DNA from: an uncultured Candidatus Saccharibacteria bacterium
GTDB lineage: Bacteria > Patescibacteriota > Minisyncoccia > Phycocordibacterales > JACOZG01
Assembly: GCA_965230925.1 (NCBI GenBank)
Contig: OZ246403.1
Span: 138,455-202,454 of the forward strand
Direction: 5' to 3'
Length of the DNA stretch: 64,000 nt
The notes below the pieces were generated by a model that saw only the letters and a program-made list of their open reading frames with translations, did no database searches and had not been told where the DNA came from. Shown piece by piece: positions 1 to 8,773 of this stretch. Made by a program: the position numbers and the translations under genes. Every line of letters starts with the position of its first letter. Within the stretch, counting starts at the first letter, position 1.

Positions 1-7
1 AAAAACC

Positions 8-637
8 ATGAAGGCAGGCTGGATTATTGTAGCGATCGTTATTATCATTGGCTTAATCTTCGTTTTCTCCGGTAAAAAAACAGAAACTCCTACTCCAGAA
101 CCTACTCCTATTAATAATGCTGCTAATAATCAAATTCCCAATAACACCATGACGTCAACTAACGTGACTTTAAAAACTAATCTTGGCGACATCACCATCG
201 AGCTTTACCCAGACAAGGCGCCAAAAACTGTTGAGAACTTCGTTAAACTCGCAAAGGAAGGCTTCTATAATGGCACGCTCTTCCACCGCGTGATTAAGGA
301 CTTCATGATCCAAGGCGGCGACCCAAACACCAAAAGTGAGCCGACAAATTGGGCGATCCACGGCACCGGCGGACCAGGTTACAAGTTCGCTGATGAATTT
401 AATGATGTGAAGATCGTAAACGGCGTCCTCGCGATGGCAAATAGCGGCCCCAACACCAATGGCTCACAATTCTTTATTGTTACCGCCGAGGCCACGCCAT
501 GGCTTGATGGTAAACACACCGCCTTCGGTCGCGTCACCGCCGGTATGGATATTGTCGACAAAATCGAAGCCGTCGCGACAGGAACAAACGATCACCCCAC
601 TCAGGACGTAATCTTGCAAGAAGTGGTGGTGAAGTGA
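8..637 (+). CDS. Cyclophilin-type peptidyl-prolyl isomerase with N-terminal membrane anchor
   Basis: FHRVIKDFMIQGGDP, MANSGPNTNGSQFFI and WLDGKHTAFG motifs; hydrophobic N-terminus. Confidence 0.95.
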   Translation: MKAGWIIVAIVIIIGLIFVFSGKKTETPTPEPTPINNAANNQIPNNTMTSTNVTLKTNLGDITIELYPDKAPKTVENFVKLAKEGFYNGTLFHRVIKDFMIQGGDPNTKSEPTNWAIHGTGGPGYKFADEFNDVKIVNGVLAMANSGPNTNGSQFFIVTAEATPWLDGKHTAFGRVTAGMDIVDKIEAVATGTNDHPTQDVILQEVVVK

Positions 638-649
638 TACTATTCGTCC

Positions 650-896
650 AAATCTAGTACCTTGGTTATCAGTGGAAAGGTTGCGCGCTACTGCAACAAG
701 CGTGTCTGAAGGGCCAGCGACCCAAAACCGATCCAAACATGGTCACCAAGTTAAAGTTGTCTAAACGAAAGGAGACCAAACGCTAATAGTCAAAATGTTC
801 TGTCTCTCTTGAAGAGGGACCACGCCACGGGACCTCCAGAGACAGAAGGCCTTCAACACCCTGCGCACAAAGCCACGGCGGCGCAGGGTGTTTTTC
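650..896 (+). ncRNA. Candidate structured non-coding RNA (unknown family)
   Basis: TTGCAA(614)-N18-TACTAT(638) promoter; stems 661-666/745-750, 679-684/717-722, 798-807/838-847; terminator 855-892 plus U-tract; no convincing ORF. Confidence 0.4.
855..896 (+). terminator. Intrinsic terminator
   Basis: aacaccctgcgc/gcgcagggtgtt 12-bp stem followed by T-run. Confidence 0.8.
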
Positions 897-1742
897 TTAT
901 CCCCTCAAAAAATCTTCCCAACTCATTTCTTTTTTACCTTCGGGGAGGACACGAACGATAATAAACTTGTCGTCGCTAAGATGAGCTTCTTTCACAATGA
1001 CTCGAATCTTTTTGCCGTGACGGTAATGGAAAAAATAAGTCCCAGGCCAAGGAGTATAAGCTAAAAATTTCCGGTAATTTAGGTTCGGGTCGTCGCTCGA
1101 GCGGATCTCGCCGTCTTCTTTATTAATCTTTTTAGTAAACGTGGCTTTAGCGTGATCCTGCTCTATTGGTTTAATTTCCCCAGCCAACCATTTCGGCATA
1201 ATTTCTAAAAACAACTCAGCGCCAAACCTCGCAAGCCCATCACGCAACTCCGGGTATGTCTTTCCACTTTCAACTTTTAACTTCCCACTTTTAATTATTG
1301 GCCCATGATCCACTTCTTCATCCATGACCATAATTGTCACACCTGGGGTGGCGCCAGCAAGAATCGTATTTTGAATTGGCGCTGGACCGCGGAAAGCGGG
1401 GAGGAGCGAGGGATGAATATTAAGCGTGCCATGTTTCGGTAAATCAATCACTTCGCGGGGCAAAATTTTGCCGTAGGAGGCAACAAGAGCAAGATCGGGA
1501 TTAAGTTTCTGCAAATCTGGTAGGGCTTCTTTTAATTTATCCAGTTGAATAAATTCAAGCTTGTTTTTGAGAGCAAAGCTTTTTACTGCCGGGGAAGTCA
1601 TTACCGATTTTCGCCCCGCGGGCTTATCGGGCGTGGTAACAATAAGAGCTGGTCTCAAACCCCGTTCAAGCAGAGTGGCCAAGACGGCCACCGCAAACTC
1701 GTCCGTACCAAAGAAAATTAATTTAGTTTTTTCTAATATCAT
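897..1742 (-). CDS. fmt: Methionyl-tRNA formyltransferase
   Basis: FFGT, TPDKPAGR, NIHPSLLPAFRGPAPIQ motifs; adjacent to def. Confidence 0.95.
   Translation of the reverse strand: MILEKTKLIFFGTDEFAVAVLATLLERGLRPALIVTTPDKPAGRKSVMTSPAVKSFALKNKLEFIQLDKLKEALPDLQKLNPDLALVASYGKILPREVIDLPKHGTLNIHPSLLPAFRGPAPIQNTILAGATPGVTIMVMDEEVDHGPIIKSGKLKVESGKTYPELRDGLARFGAELFLEIMPKWLAGEIKPIEQDHAKATFTKKINKEDGEIRSSDDPNLNYRKFLAYTPWPGTYFFHYRHGKKIRVIVKEAHLSDDKFIIVRVLPEGKKEMSWEDFLRG
1264..1291 (-). repeat. Four degenerate 7-nt tandem units inside fmt (encoding part of KSGKLKVESGK)
   Basis: ccacttt caacttt taacttc ccacttt on + strand. Confidence 0.6.
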
Positions 1743-2214
1743 GAATATCGGTGGCGTGGTCGATGAAAAGAACGCCGTCTAAGTGATCCGTCTCATGTTG
1801 GAAGATTTGGGCTAGTAACCCGGAACCAGAATGTTCAAATTTCTTACCATCTCGGTCGTAGGCCACTACGGTCACCTTCTCGGCTCGTTCCACGAGACCG
1901 TAAAGATGCGGCACACTAAGACAGCCTTCTTCGATCCGGCTCTTCTTGCGCGACGTTTTTTTAATTACCGGATTAATAAATTCTTGATCGGGTTTCTGCT
2001 CATTCTCATCAGAAAAAATTTTTCCCGAGACAATAAAAATCCGCTGACTCACCCCAATTTGCGGTGCCGCCAGCGCCACACCATCTTCCCGACTGGCCAA
2101 TGACTTACTCATCGCCCTAAGAGTTGCCTCTAGTTCAGGGGTAGAAAAAAGCTTCTCGGGTACCGGCTGGGCCACCGCGCGCAATACAGGACTATCGGTT
2201 AAAATTGGCTTCAT
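1723..2214 (-). CDS. def: Peptide deformylase
   Basis: GVALAAPQIG, EGCLS, QHETDHLDG motifs. Confidence 0.97.
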   Translation of the reverse strand: MKPILTDSPVLRAVAQPVPEKLFSTPELEATLRAMSKSLASREDGVALAAPQIGVSQRIFIVSGKIFSDENEQKPDQEFINPVIKKTSRKKSRIEEGCLSVPHLYGLVERAEKVTVVAYDRDGKKFEHSGSGLLAQIFQHETDHLDGVLFIDHATDIHDIRKN

Positions 2215-2223
2215 TGAGAGGTT

Positions 2224-4140
2224 TTAGAGAATAGTCTCGGGCTCGACATTAATAATAAATCGAGGCGGTAATGCCTTCAGACTAGCAAGTAATTCTTCCT
2301 CTGGCCACCGCTTGGGCTCGAGTTTAAGGAGCAGGTGCATGATGTATTCTCCCTTCACTTCCGAGGTAAAAGCGGGGAATGTTTCTGGTTCATAATCATT
2401 GAGTGAGGTCGCGAGGTGTTGGATCTCAGGAAGAATCTCGAGTCGTTTACCTTCCCGAGTAATTTTTAATAACAACTTAAACGGCGGATAACCAAAGCGC
2501 TCGCGATCAGTAATTTCTTTACGATAAAACTCAAGCAAGTTTCCGGTCATCGCTTGCTCAAAGAATGGCCAATCACCGTGCTTGGTCTGAACGAGAAATT
2601 GCTTGGTCGCCAGTTCCCGCGCGCGCAAGAGTAAGTTAAAAGCCTTCTCGCCAATGCGAAAATCGGGAATTGTAAACAATCCATCAAGCGACACCACCGC
2701 CACGTTCTCTACTTTATCTTTCAAGTAATGTAGCGCGAGCTCGGTCCCAAGAAGACAAGCTCCCGGCGTAGCAAAAAAACGTGAAATAATTTCTTTGGCT
2801 TTCTTGCCTGTCGGCGCCAAATCACTATCGAGCCGGAAAATTTCGAGGTCGGGGACCAGCTTCTTTAGTGCGAGCTCAACACCCTCGATAGCAATGCCGA
2901 GTTGCTCGAGCCGCCAGCCGCCGCAGTTGCGACAGCGTTCTTCTACCGCTCTTGTCTCACGACATTTATGGCAAACGAGGCGGTAATCGGCGGCCGCCCC
3001 ACCACCATCGGTGCGGAAGCGATGTAAGACCATTGGATTTGCGCAACGCCGACAGCGAATACTCTCGCCGCAATCACGACAAATAATGAGCGGCGATGTC
3101 CCTCGACGATTAACGAGAAAGAAGCTACGTTCGCCGCGGCGCATGGCTTGAGCCAAGAGCCACTCGAGACGCGCAGTGACAGGACGGAATTCCTCACCAG
3201 TTTCGCGCTCGAAGGGAATAATTTCTTGCCGCGCCGGAGAAAAGGCGCGGTGCTTCAACGGTGAGGCAGACATAATCTCGCCGCGCTCCACGCGGTGATT
3301 AGTTTCTGACCGCAACAAGGTGTCACCAAAATAAATTTTACAACCGAGCGCTGAAGCAAAAAATTCTCCAAACCGTCGATAATCAAGAAAGGGTCGCGAG
3401 AGTTGCTTATAACTTCCTGAACTCTCACGATCAAACACAATTGAACCGAGATCTGCCCGCGGGAGAGAAAGGAAGGCGGGTGTGGCTAAAACAAGCACCG
3501 GATGCGACTGGCTCACGGCGTCACGCCAATTTTCCCACAACACCTTCGAACCCAGTTTACTGTGGAGGATAAACATATATTCGCGAATCCCTTTCTCGAG
3601 AAGTGTCGCGGCGTGCTCGATCTCGGCCACCGTCGGAAGAATGAGAAAAACGGAAGCATTACGCGCAAACTCCGAGCGAATGAGGCTCTTGTAGAAAGCG
3701 AGTCGCTCAACTTCTGGTTCTTGAAGGGCAAAAAGTTCGGGATGCTTACGCGGCAAACGCTTAACTTCCTTTTTCACCGTGGGCAACTTTTCCTTCCCGC
3801 TCAAGTAACGATCAAGAACGGGCTGGCTAACCACGCTCTTTAACACCTGGCCCAAACTGGAAGCAAAATGATCCGACGCTCTCCGGGCGGCGTCAAGAAA
3901 GCTGGGCAACAGGAAATTACTAACCGACGCCGTGGGCAACTTCTTGAGCTGGAAACTGGCTCCCCGAAGGCTCGTTTTCTGCGCCGCGGCATCAGTAACC
4001 GCTGTAATAATCGCCGGCACCTTCTTGCCACGAACATTAACCTCGAGCAAAGAGCCGAGCATAGGGGGCTCTTTGGCAAAGTAAGACAGCCGATCTCTAA
4101 AAACACCGCGGGCAATGGGTAATACTTCCACTACTTTCAT
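2224..4140 (-). CDS. priA: Primosomal protein N' (PriA-like, helicase motifs degenerate)
   Basis: NRRG followed by four CxxC pairs, PDFR..E, YPPF; start placed at MKVVEV behind a TATCTT -10 box. Confidence 0.85.
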   Translation of the reverse strand: MKVVEVLPIARGVFRDRLSYFAKEPPMLGSLLEVNVRGKKVPAIITAVTDAAAQKTSLRGASFQLKKLPTASVSNFLLPSFLDAARRASDHFASSLGQVLKSVVSQPVLDRYLSGKEKLPTVKKEVKRLPRKHPELFALQEPEVERLAFYKSLIRSEFARNASVFLILPTVAEIEHAATLLEKGIREYMFILHSKLGSKVLWENWRDAVSQSHPVLVLATPAFLSLPRADLGSIVFDRESSGSYKQLSRPFLDYRRFGEFFASALGCKIYFGDTLLRSETNHRVERGEIMSASPLKHRAFSPARQEIIPFERETGEEFRPVTARLEWLLAQAMRRGERSFFLVNRRGTSPLIICRDCGESIRCRRCANPMVLHRFRTDGGGAAADYRLVCHKCRETRAVEERCRNCGGWRLEQLGIAIEGVELALKKLVPDLEIFRLDSDLAPTGKKAKEIISRFFATPGACLLGTELALHYLKDKVENVAVVSLDGLFTIPDFRIGEKAFNLLLRARELATKQFLVQTKHGDWPFFEQAMTGNLLEFYRKEITDRERFGYPPFKLLLKITREGKRLEILPEIQHLATSLNDYEPETFPAFTSEVKGEYIMHLLLKLEPKRWPEEELLASLKALPPRFIINVEPETIL

Positions 4141-4176
4141 TGCTTTAGAAGATAACACGATGATAAAATAAACTGA

Positions 4177-4998
4177 ATGCCGAGCGAGAAGTACATCGGC
4201 GCTTTGGAAGTGGCGGGGCATGATGAAAAAAAGCTCGCCGCTCTTGAGTCTTTGTGCCGCGAAGGGAAGGTGAAAGCCAAACTCGTGGGTAATTCTTGGT
4301 ACGTGACTGAATCAGTGCGAGATAATCTCAAGGCGCATCTCTCAGAATTTAAGCCAAAAACAAACTATCTCCACCACGCCGAACCAGCTGGTCGAGCGGT
4401 GGCGGCGCTTGCGGTAGTCATTGCCCTTGGTATTGGCCTTGCGGCTGAAGGACAAGTTAGTTCTACAATCGCTACGCGCCTCAAAGAAAATGAGGTGGGT
4501 ACTCCAGCACTCACGGCAAGCCTTGCTCCCGTGTTCCGAGATGTTACCGAGGCGCTCGCGGCACTCTTTGAAGATATTTCTCGGATGAAAAATTATGTTA
4601 GTGATCAGTGGTTCTATTATGGTTCACGGATCAAGCTAGCTTGGGGAGGCTTCTTAACGGAAGAAGAAACGCAAAAAATAGAGCAGGTGGCTAACACCGT
4701 CAACACTGGCACCACAATTGATCGCGAACAATTGCGCGCGGAAATTCGAGAAGAATTAAGTGCGGCCCTGCGCGCGAGTGGCGTCCCAGCGGAAGTTACC
4801 CAGCAAGGCCTAATCGTCGTGCCTTCTACCGGCGATCCGGCCACCGACCGCCTGAGCATCTCGGAAATTAACGCTCTTTTCTCCGACGAGGTAAGCGTGC
4901 GCTTCGACGAAAGTGGTCGAGCGGGAGTCATTACACCCAAGTTTAAGACCGGGGAATCAAACGACTACCTCTTTCTCCTAACGCCGGTGAATCACTAA
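4177..4998 (+). CDS. Membrane-anchored protein with N-terminal excisionase/HTH-like segment
   Basis: LCREGKVKAKLVGNSWYV resembles HTH_17/excisionase wing; one TM helix (AVAALAVVIALGIGLA). Confidence 0.55.
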   Translation: MPSEKYIGALEVAGHDEKKLAALESLCREGKVKAKLVGNSWYVTESVRDNLKAHLSEFKPKTNYLHHAEPAGRAVAALAVVIALGIGLAAEGQVSSTIATRLKENEVGTPALTASLAPVFRDVTEALAALFEDISRMKNYVSDQWFYYGSRIKLAWGGFLTEEETQKIEQVANTVNTGTTIDREQLRAEIREELSAALRASGVPAEVTQQGLIVVPSTGDPATDRLSISEINALFSDEVSVRFDESGRAGVITPKFKTGESNDYLFLLTPVNH

Positions 4999-5745
4999 AT
5001 GATCAGCCTCACGCCCGCTAAACTTGAATTCTCGGTGTCGCCCGGCCAAAGCGTAACTAAGCTGATTACGCTTAAAAACGAGAGCGCGGAGAACCTAGTG
5101 GGGGAAGTGTTGATCGAGAACTTCGGCCCCGAGCAATATGCGCTCAATCGCTTTCTCACACCTGGCGTACGCACCTTTGCGCTTGGGGCGGGAGAAACAC
5201 GCAGCCTACCCATCACCGTCAGCTTGCCTGCCAATCAAGGTCCGGGCGGCCTCTACACCTCGGTGGTCACCAGCTTTCGCCTCGCGAGCGAGACTGTAGC
5301 CAAAGCAGAAAGTCGCTTAGCCAGCCTCGTCTTTGTAAAAGTCCCTGGCCAAGCAAAAGAAGAGGGGCAACTAACCAACTTTCAAAAACAAGAAAACTCT
5401 CTGTATCTAACTTTCAAAAACACCGGCAATGTTTATCTCAATCCATATGGCGGTGTCAAAATCAAAAATTCAATTTCTGGCGCCGAACAAATTATTTCTG
5501 TCGATCCTTGGTTCGTGCTTCCTGGGGATACTCGGATTCGCGAAATCGAAATTAAAAACTCGCTAGGCCTTGGTCGCTGGCAAGCCACCGCAGAACTAAA
5601 CAGGGGTTATGGCGACCTCATCGACACCCGCGCCATCGCCTTCTGGATCTTACCGCCAATTTGGACGATGGTGGTTGTTGGACTTGTGATTTTGGCTGTC
5701 TTGTTTGGCCTTGGTTGGAAATTCTGGCGACGTGGTAAAATTTAA
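4999..5745 (+). CDS. DUF916-like Ig-fold surface protein with C-terminal TM anchor
   Basis: P..LE...SPG, PGGLY, FKNTGNVYLNPYG, VLPG..R motifs and C-terminal TM with basic tail. Confidence 0.65.
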   Translation: MISLTPAKLEFSVSPGQSVTKLITLKNESAENLVGEVLIENFGPEQYALNRFLTPGVRTFALGAGETRSLPITVSLPANQGPGGLYTSVVTSFRLASETVAKAESRLASLVFVKVPGQAKEEGQLTNFQKQENSLYLTFKNTGNVYLNPYGGVKIKNSISGAEQIISVDPWFVLPGDTRIREIEIKNSLGLGRWQATAELNRGYGDLIDTRAIAFWILPPIWTMVVVGLVILAVLFGLGWKFWRRGKI

Positions 5746-5748
5746 AAT

Positions 5749-6489
5749 ATGAAATGGGGCTGGGGATTAATTATTTTGACCTGCTTACTCGGCGCACAAG
5801 GGGCGGCGGCGTATGTAGCCTCGAGCAATAATTATAGAATCCAAACCGACAGCGTTAATGTGGGCGGCGGACTTTCAACTTCGACTAATTACGCTATGGA
5901 AAGCACGGCGGGGGAAATTGCGAGTGGGGAATCAAGTAGTACTAATTACAAAATCAAGGCTGGTTATCAGCAAATGCTCGTGAGTTCAATCTCAATCTCA
6001 GCGCCAAGCGATGTGAGCTTGGGTTCTATTGATGGCACCACGGGCGGCAGTGCGCTTGGCTCAACCGCTTGGACCGTGATTACCGACAACGCTGCTGGTT
6101 ACATTTTAGCCGTCCGCTCAAGCACTAATCCGGCTCTCACTTCTGGTGGAAACAGCGTTAGCAATTACACACCCGCTGGCGCCACACCTGATTACACTTG
6201 GTCGGTGGCTGCGAGTGCCAGCGAATTCGGCTTTAGTCCTGAAGGCACGCACGTGGTCCAGCGTTATCTCGACAATGGATCAAGCTGTAATGCTGGCGCA
6301 AGCAACAACACCAACACTTGCTGGGATCCATTTTCCACCTCCAACACCACCGTAGCCTCAAGCGCAAGCGCCAACTCTCCCAGCGGCACGGCCACCACCC
6401 TTAAGCTCCAAGCCGAACTCGGCGCTGACCTCGAGCCCACCGACGGCGCCTACTCAGCCACCATTATTGCCACCGCCACCGCGCAATGA
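5749..6489 (+). CDS. Secreted Ser/Thr-rich beta-sandwich (WxL-like) surface protein
   Basis: Signal peptide; WTVITDNAAGY.L and terminal G.YSATI..TAT strand; next to DUF916-like gene. Confidence 0.55.
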   Translation: MKWGWGLIILTCLLGAQGAAAYVASSNNYRIQTDSVNVGGGLSTSTNYAMESTAGEIASGESSSTNYKIKAGYQQMLVSSISISAPSDVSLGSIDGTTGGSALGSTAWTVITDNAAGYILAVRSSTNPALTSGGNSVSNYTPAGATPDYTWSVAASASEFGFSPEGTHVVQRYLDNGSSCNAGASNNTNTCWDPFSTSNTTVASSASANSPSGTATTLKLQAELGADLEPTDGAYSATIIATATAQ

Positions 6490-8516
6490 TTAAACTCGCC
6501 TCGCTCAAAATTATCGCCGCCGCCATTCTTCTTTTAATCGTCGGCGGCATCGGGCTCAGAACCTTCGCCGCTAACGATAGTGTAAATGTGAGCCTCGAAA
6601 TTGCTTGTCCGGGAGACGACTGCGCCCCCTCAGGAGGTGGTGGCGGGCCGCCCCCACCTCCTCCGCCGCCTCCGCCACCGAGCCCGATATTGGGCTGCAC
6701 CGACTCCGATGCCACCAATTACAACGCTTCAGCCACCCAAGATGATGGTTCTTGCGTGTACCCCAGCGACGCCGTTCCAAATGTCTCTGACTTCGACGGT
6801 GAATACGACGAGGATAATGAAGAAATTGATTTAAGCTGGACCAACCCCGATTTCCCCGAATTTGCCAGTGTTCGTATTATGCGAAGCACCAGCTTTTTCC
6901 CCACTAACCCAAGCAGTGGCGACCTTGTATACACCGGTAGCGGCGAAAGTGCCGTCGACAATGATGTAGAACCGGGCACCACCTACTATTACGCCATCTT
7001 TGTTCGCAATACCAATGGCGATTATTCATCAGGCGCAGTTACGAGCGTGAATGTGCCCGAGCCAGAAGAAGAGCCACCGGAAGAAGAACCAGAGGACGAA
7101 GAACCGCCGGTTGATGAGGACGGAAACGGTATTCCTGACGATGAGGAACCGCCGGACCCCTTCGCCGATCTACCACAAGCGCCAATTGTTGACCCTCTTG
7201 TGGAAGTTCTAAACTTTGGCGACTTTATCTTCGTTCAACCAGGCGAGGGGAGGCAATTCTTCGGTAGTGGCAGTGTGCTCCGGATTAATGGCAAAAAAGA
7301 TCTGACTGTTCTCCTGGAGGCAAACAAGGTACCGGGGAATCTAAAAACCATCGCTATAACTCTGCGCGACCCAAGCGATTGGAAAAAAACTTTTTCTTTT
7401 CTCCTTAAATTAAATGAAACGGGAACAGCCTACACCGCCACCATTGCTCCGCTTGGGAGATCGGGTAATTATCCGGTTTATATTTCTATCGTCGACTTCC
7501 AAAATCAAAGTATAAAAAGAATTGAGGGGCGCCTTCTCGTGGCCGCGGCCGGAGCCGCACCAATAGCGAATATCGCAGGAAGAATCGCTTCACCTTTTGT
7601 TGTCGCATCCGGTCTTATCCTTGGTGTGGCCGAAGGATTTTCGCTTGTTGCGCATATCAAATCATTTTCTGATCTCTATTGGCTTCTCCTTCACGGCTTC
7701 AACCTCATCACCCGCTTCTTCGGCTTCCGGAAAAAGGTTAAACCTTGGGGCGTGGTCTACGACTCAGTAACCAAGCGACCGCTTGACCCAGCTTACGTGA
7801 TCGTGAAGCAATCCGACAGCGACGTAAACACAGCCATCACCGACCTCGACGGCCGCTACGGCTTTTTACTCCAATCCGGAACCTACTCTCTGATGGCAAA
7901 CAAAACCCACTATCAATTTCCCTCGGTAAAGCTCGCAGGAAGAACGAGCGATGAGCTCTACGATAATCTCTACCATGGCGGCGACTTCCAAACCCTCACT
8001 GGTGAAGTGATTAATCGCAATATTCCGCTCGACCCAATTGCCTTCGACTGGAATGAATTTGCAAAAGATAAGCAGGGCTTCTTCATTCTCCACACCAAGA
8101 AGGAGAAGCGACGCGCGCGCCTTCTCAACGGCGTTTTCATTATCGGCTTTGCCCTCTCGGCCTACAACCTCGTGTTCAACCCGAGCTGGTTAAACATTCT
8201 CGCGATCGCCTTCTATCTCGCGACGCCACTCGGCCGTCTCTGGTGGCGCCACCGCCGACCCGTCGTACAAGTGAAAAGTCTCACAAGTGGCTTGCCTTCG
8301 CCGTACGCTATCGTGAAAGCGTTTATTCCGAAAGTTAATCAACAAGTGCGTCAGGTGGTGGCGGATCAATTGGGTCGCTTCTTCCTTCTCACCCCGCCAG
8401 GGGAATATTATCTCACCGTAGAAGAAAAACAGGATGATGGCACCTACAAAAAAGTTCTGGAGACTCCTCCGCTACTTCTCTCTCGCGGTGTGCTAGATAA
8501 AAACTTAGTTTTCTAG
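6486..8516 (+). CDS. Large surface/membrane protein: poly-Pro, GCTD..A.NYN..AT.DDGSC motif, Fn3-like domain, acidic linker, carboxypeptidase-regulatory-like domains
   Basis: Motifs read in the translation; WGVVYDSVTKRPLDPA and TDLDGRYGF; TM segments. Confidence 0.7.
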   Translation: MIKLASLKIIAAAILLLIVGGIGLRTFAANDSVNVSLEIACPGDDCAPSGGGGGPPPPPPPPPPPSPILGCTDSDATNYNASATQDDGSCVYPSDAVPNVSDFDGEYDEDNEEIDLSWTNPDFPEFASVRIMRSTSFFPTNPSSGDLVYTGSGESAVDNDVEPGTTYYYAIFVRNTNGDYSSGAVTSVNVPEPEEEPPEEEPEDEEPPVDEDGNGIPDDEEPPDPFADLPQAPIVDPLVEVLNFGDFIFVQPGEGRQFFGSGSVLRINGKKDLTVLLEANKVPGNLKTIAITLRDPSDWKKTFSFLLKLNETGTAYTATIAPLGRSGNYPVYISIVDFQNQSIKRIEGRLLVAAAGAAPIANIAGRIASPFVVASGLILGVAEGFSLVAHIKSFSDLYWLLLHGFNLITRFFGFRKKVKPWGVVYDSVTKRPLDPAYVIVKQSDSDVNTAITDLDGRYGFLLQSGTYSLMANKTHYQFPSVKLAGRTSDELYDNLYHGGDFQTLTGEVINRNIPLDPIAFDWNEFAKDKQGFFILHTKKEKRRARLLNGVFIIGFALSAYNLVFNPSWLNILAIAFYLATPLGRLWWRHRRPVVQVKSLTSGLPSPYAIVKAFIPKVNQQVRQVVADQLGRFFLLTPPGEYYLTVEEKQDDGTYKKVLETPPLLLSRGVLDKNLVF

Positions 8517-8528
8517 TAAACTTTTTCT

Positions 8529-8680
8529 CGGAAAGTGTTCCAACATCTCCAACCCTCCTTTCACACATCACTTCTTGCCCAACCAAGATCTTACCGGGCA
8601 GATTGACGATCGGGAGGAACACACCCCAACCAGATGGATCCCAACTTGCCGCGCCCGTTTTTGCAAGTTGGGATCCTTTT
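8529..8680 (+). ncRNA. Candidate small RNA with exposed anti-SD sequence
   Basis: TAGATA(8494)-N17-TAAACT(8517); gtgttcc 8535-41/ggaacac 8616-22 and tgccc 8576-80/gggca 8596-600 stems; terminator 8636-8680. Confidence 0.35.
8636..8680 (+). terminator. Intrinsic terminator
   Basis: Perfect 14-bp stem ggatcccaacttgc/gcaagttgggatcc plus tttt. Confidence 0.85.
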
Positions 8681-8697
8681 ATTTTGCTCAACCAACC

Positions 8698-8725
8698 TTG
8701 ACTTTTTTTAATAAAGTGATAGTTA
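8698..8725 (+). promoter_or_regulatory. Sigma70-like promoter of cassette gene 8774
   Basis: TTGACT-N16-TAGTTA with TG extension; SD AGGAGGTG before TTG start. Confidence 0.5.
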
Positions 8726-8773
8726 TTTAAATAGTTTCGTTTACGTTTTAGAGGACCTGTTAGGAGGTGAACC

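Noticed and set aside
650-896. tmRNA, RNase P RNA or hammerhead ribozyme
   Set aside because: No tRNA-like ends, no GAGGAAAGUCC, and CTGAAGG is not followed by a proper hammerhead core arrangement.
6634-6680. G/C-rich run as a DNA-level repeat element
   Set aside because: Explained by the GGGG-PPPPPPPPPPP linker, with varied third codon positions.
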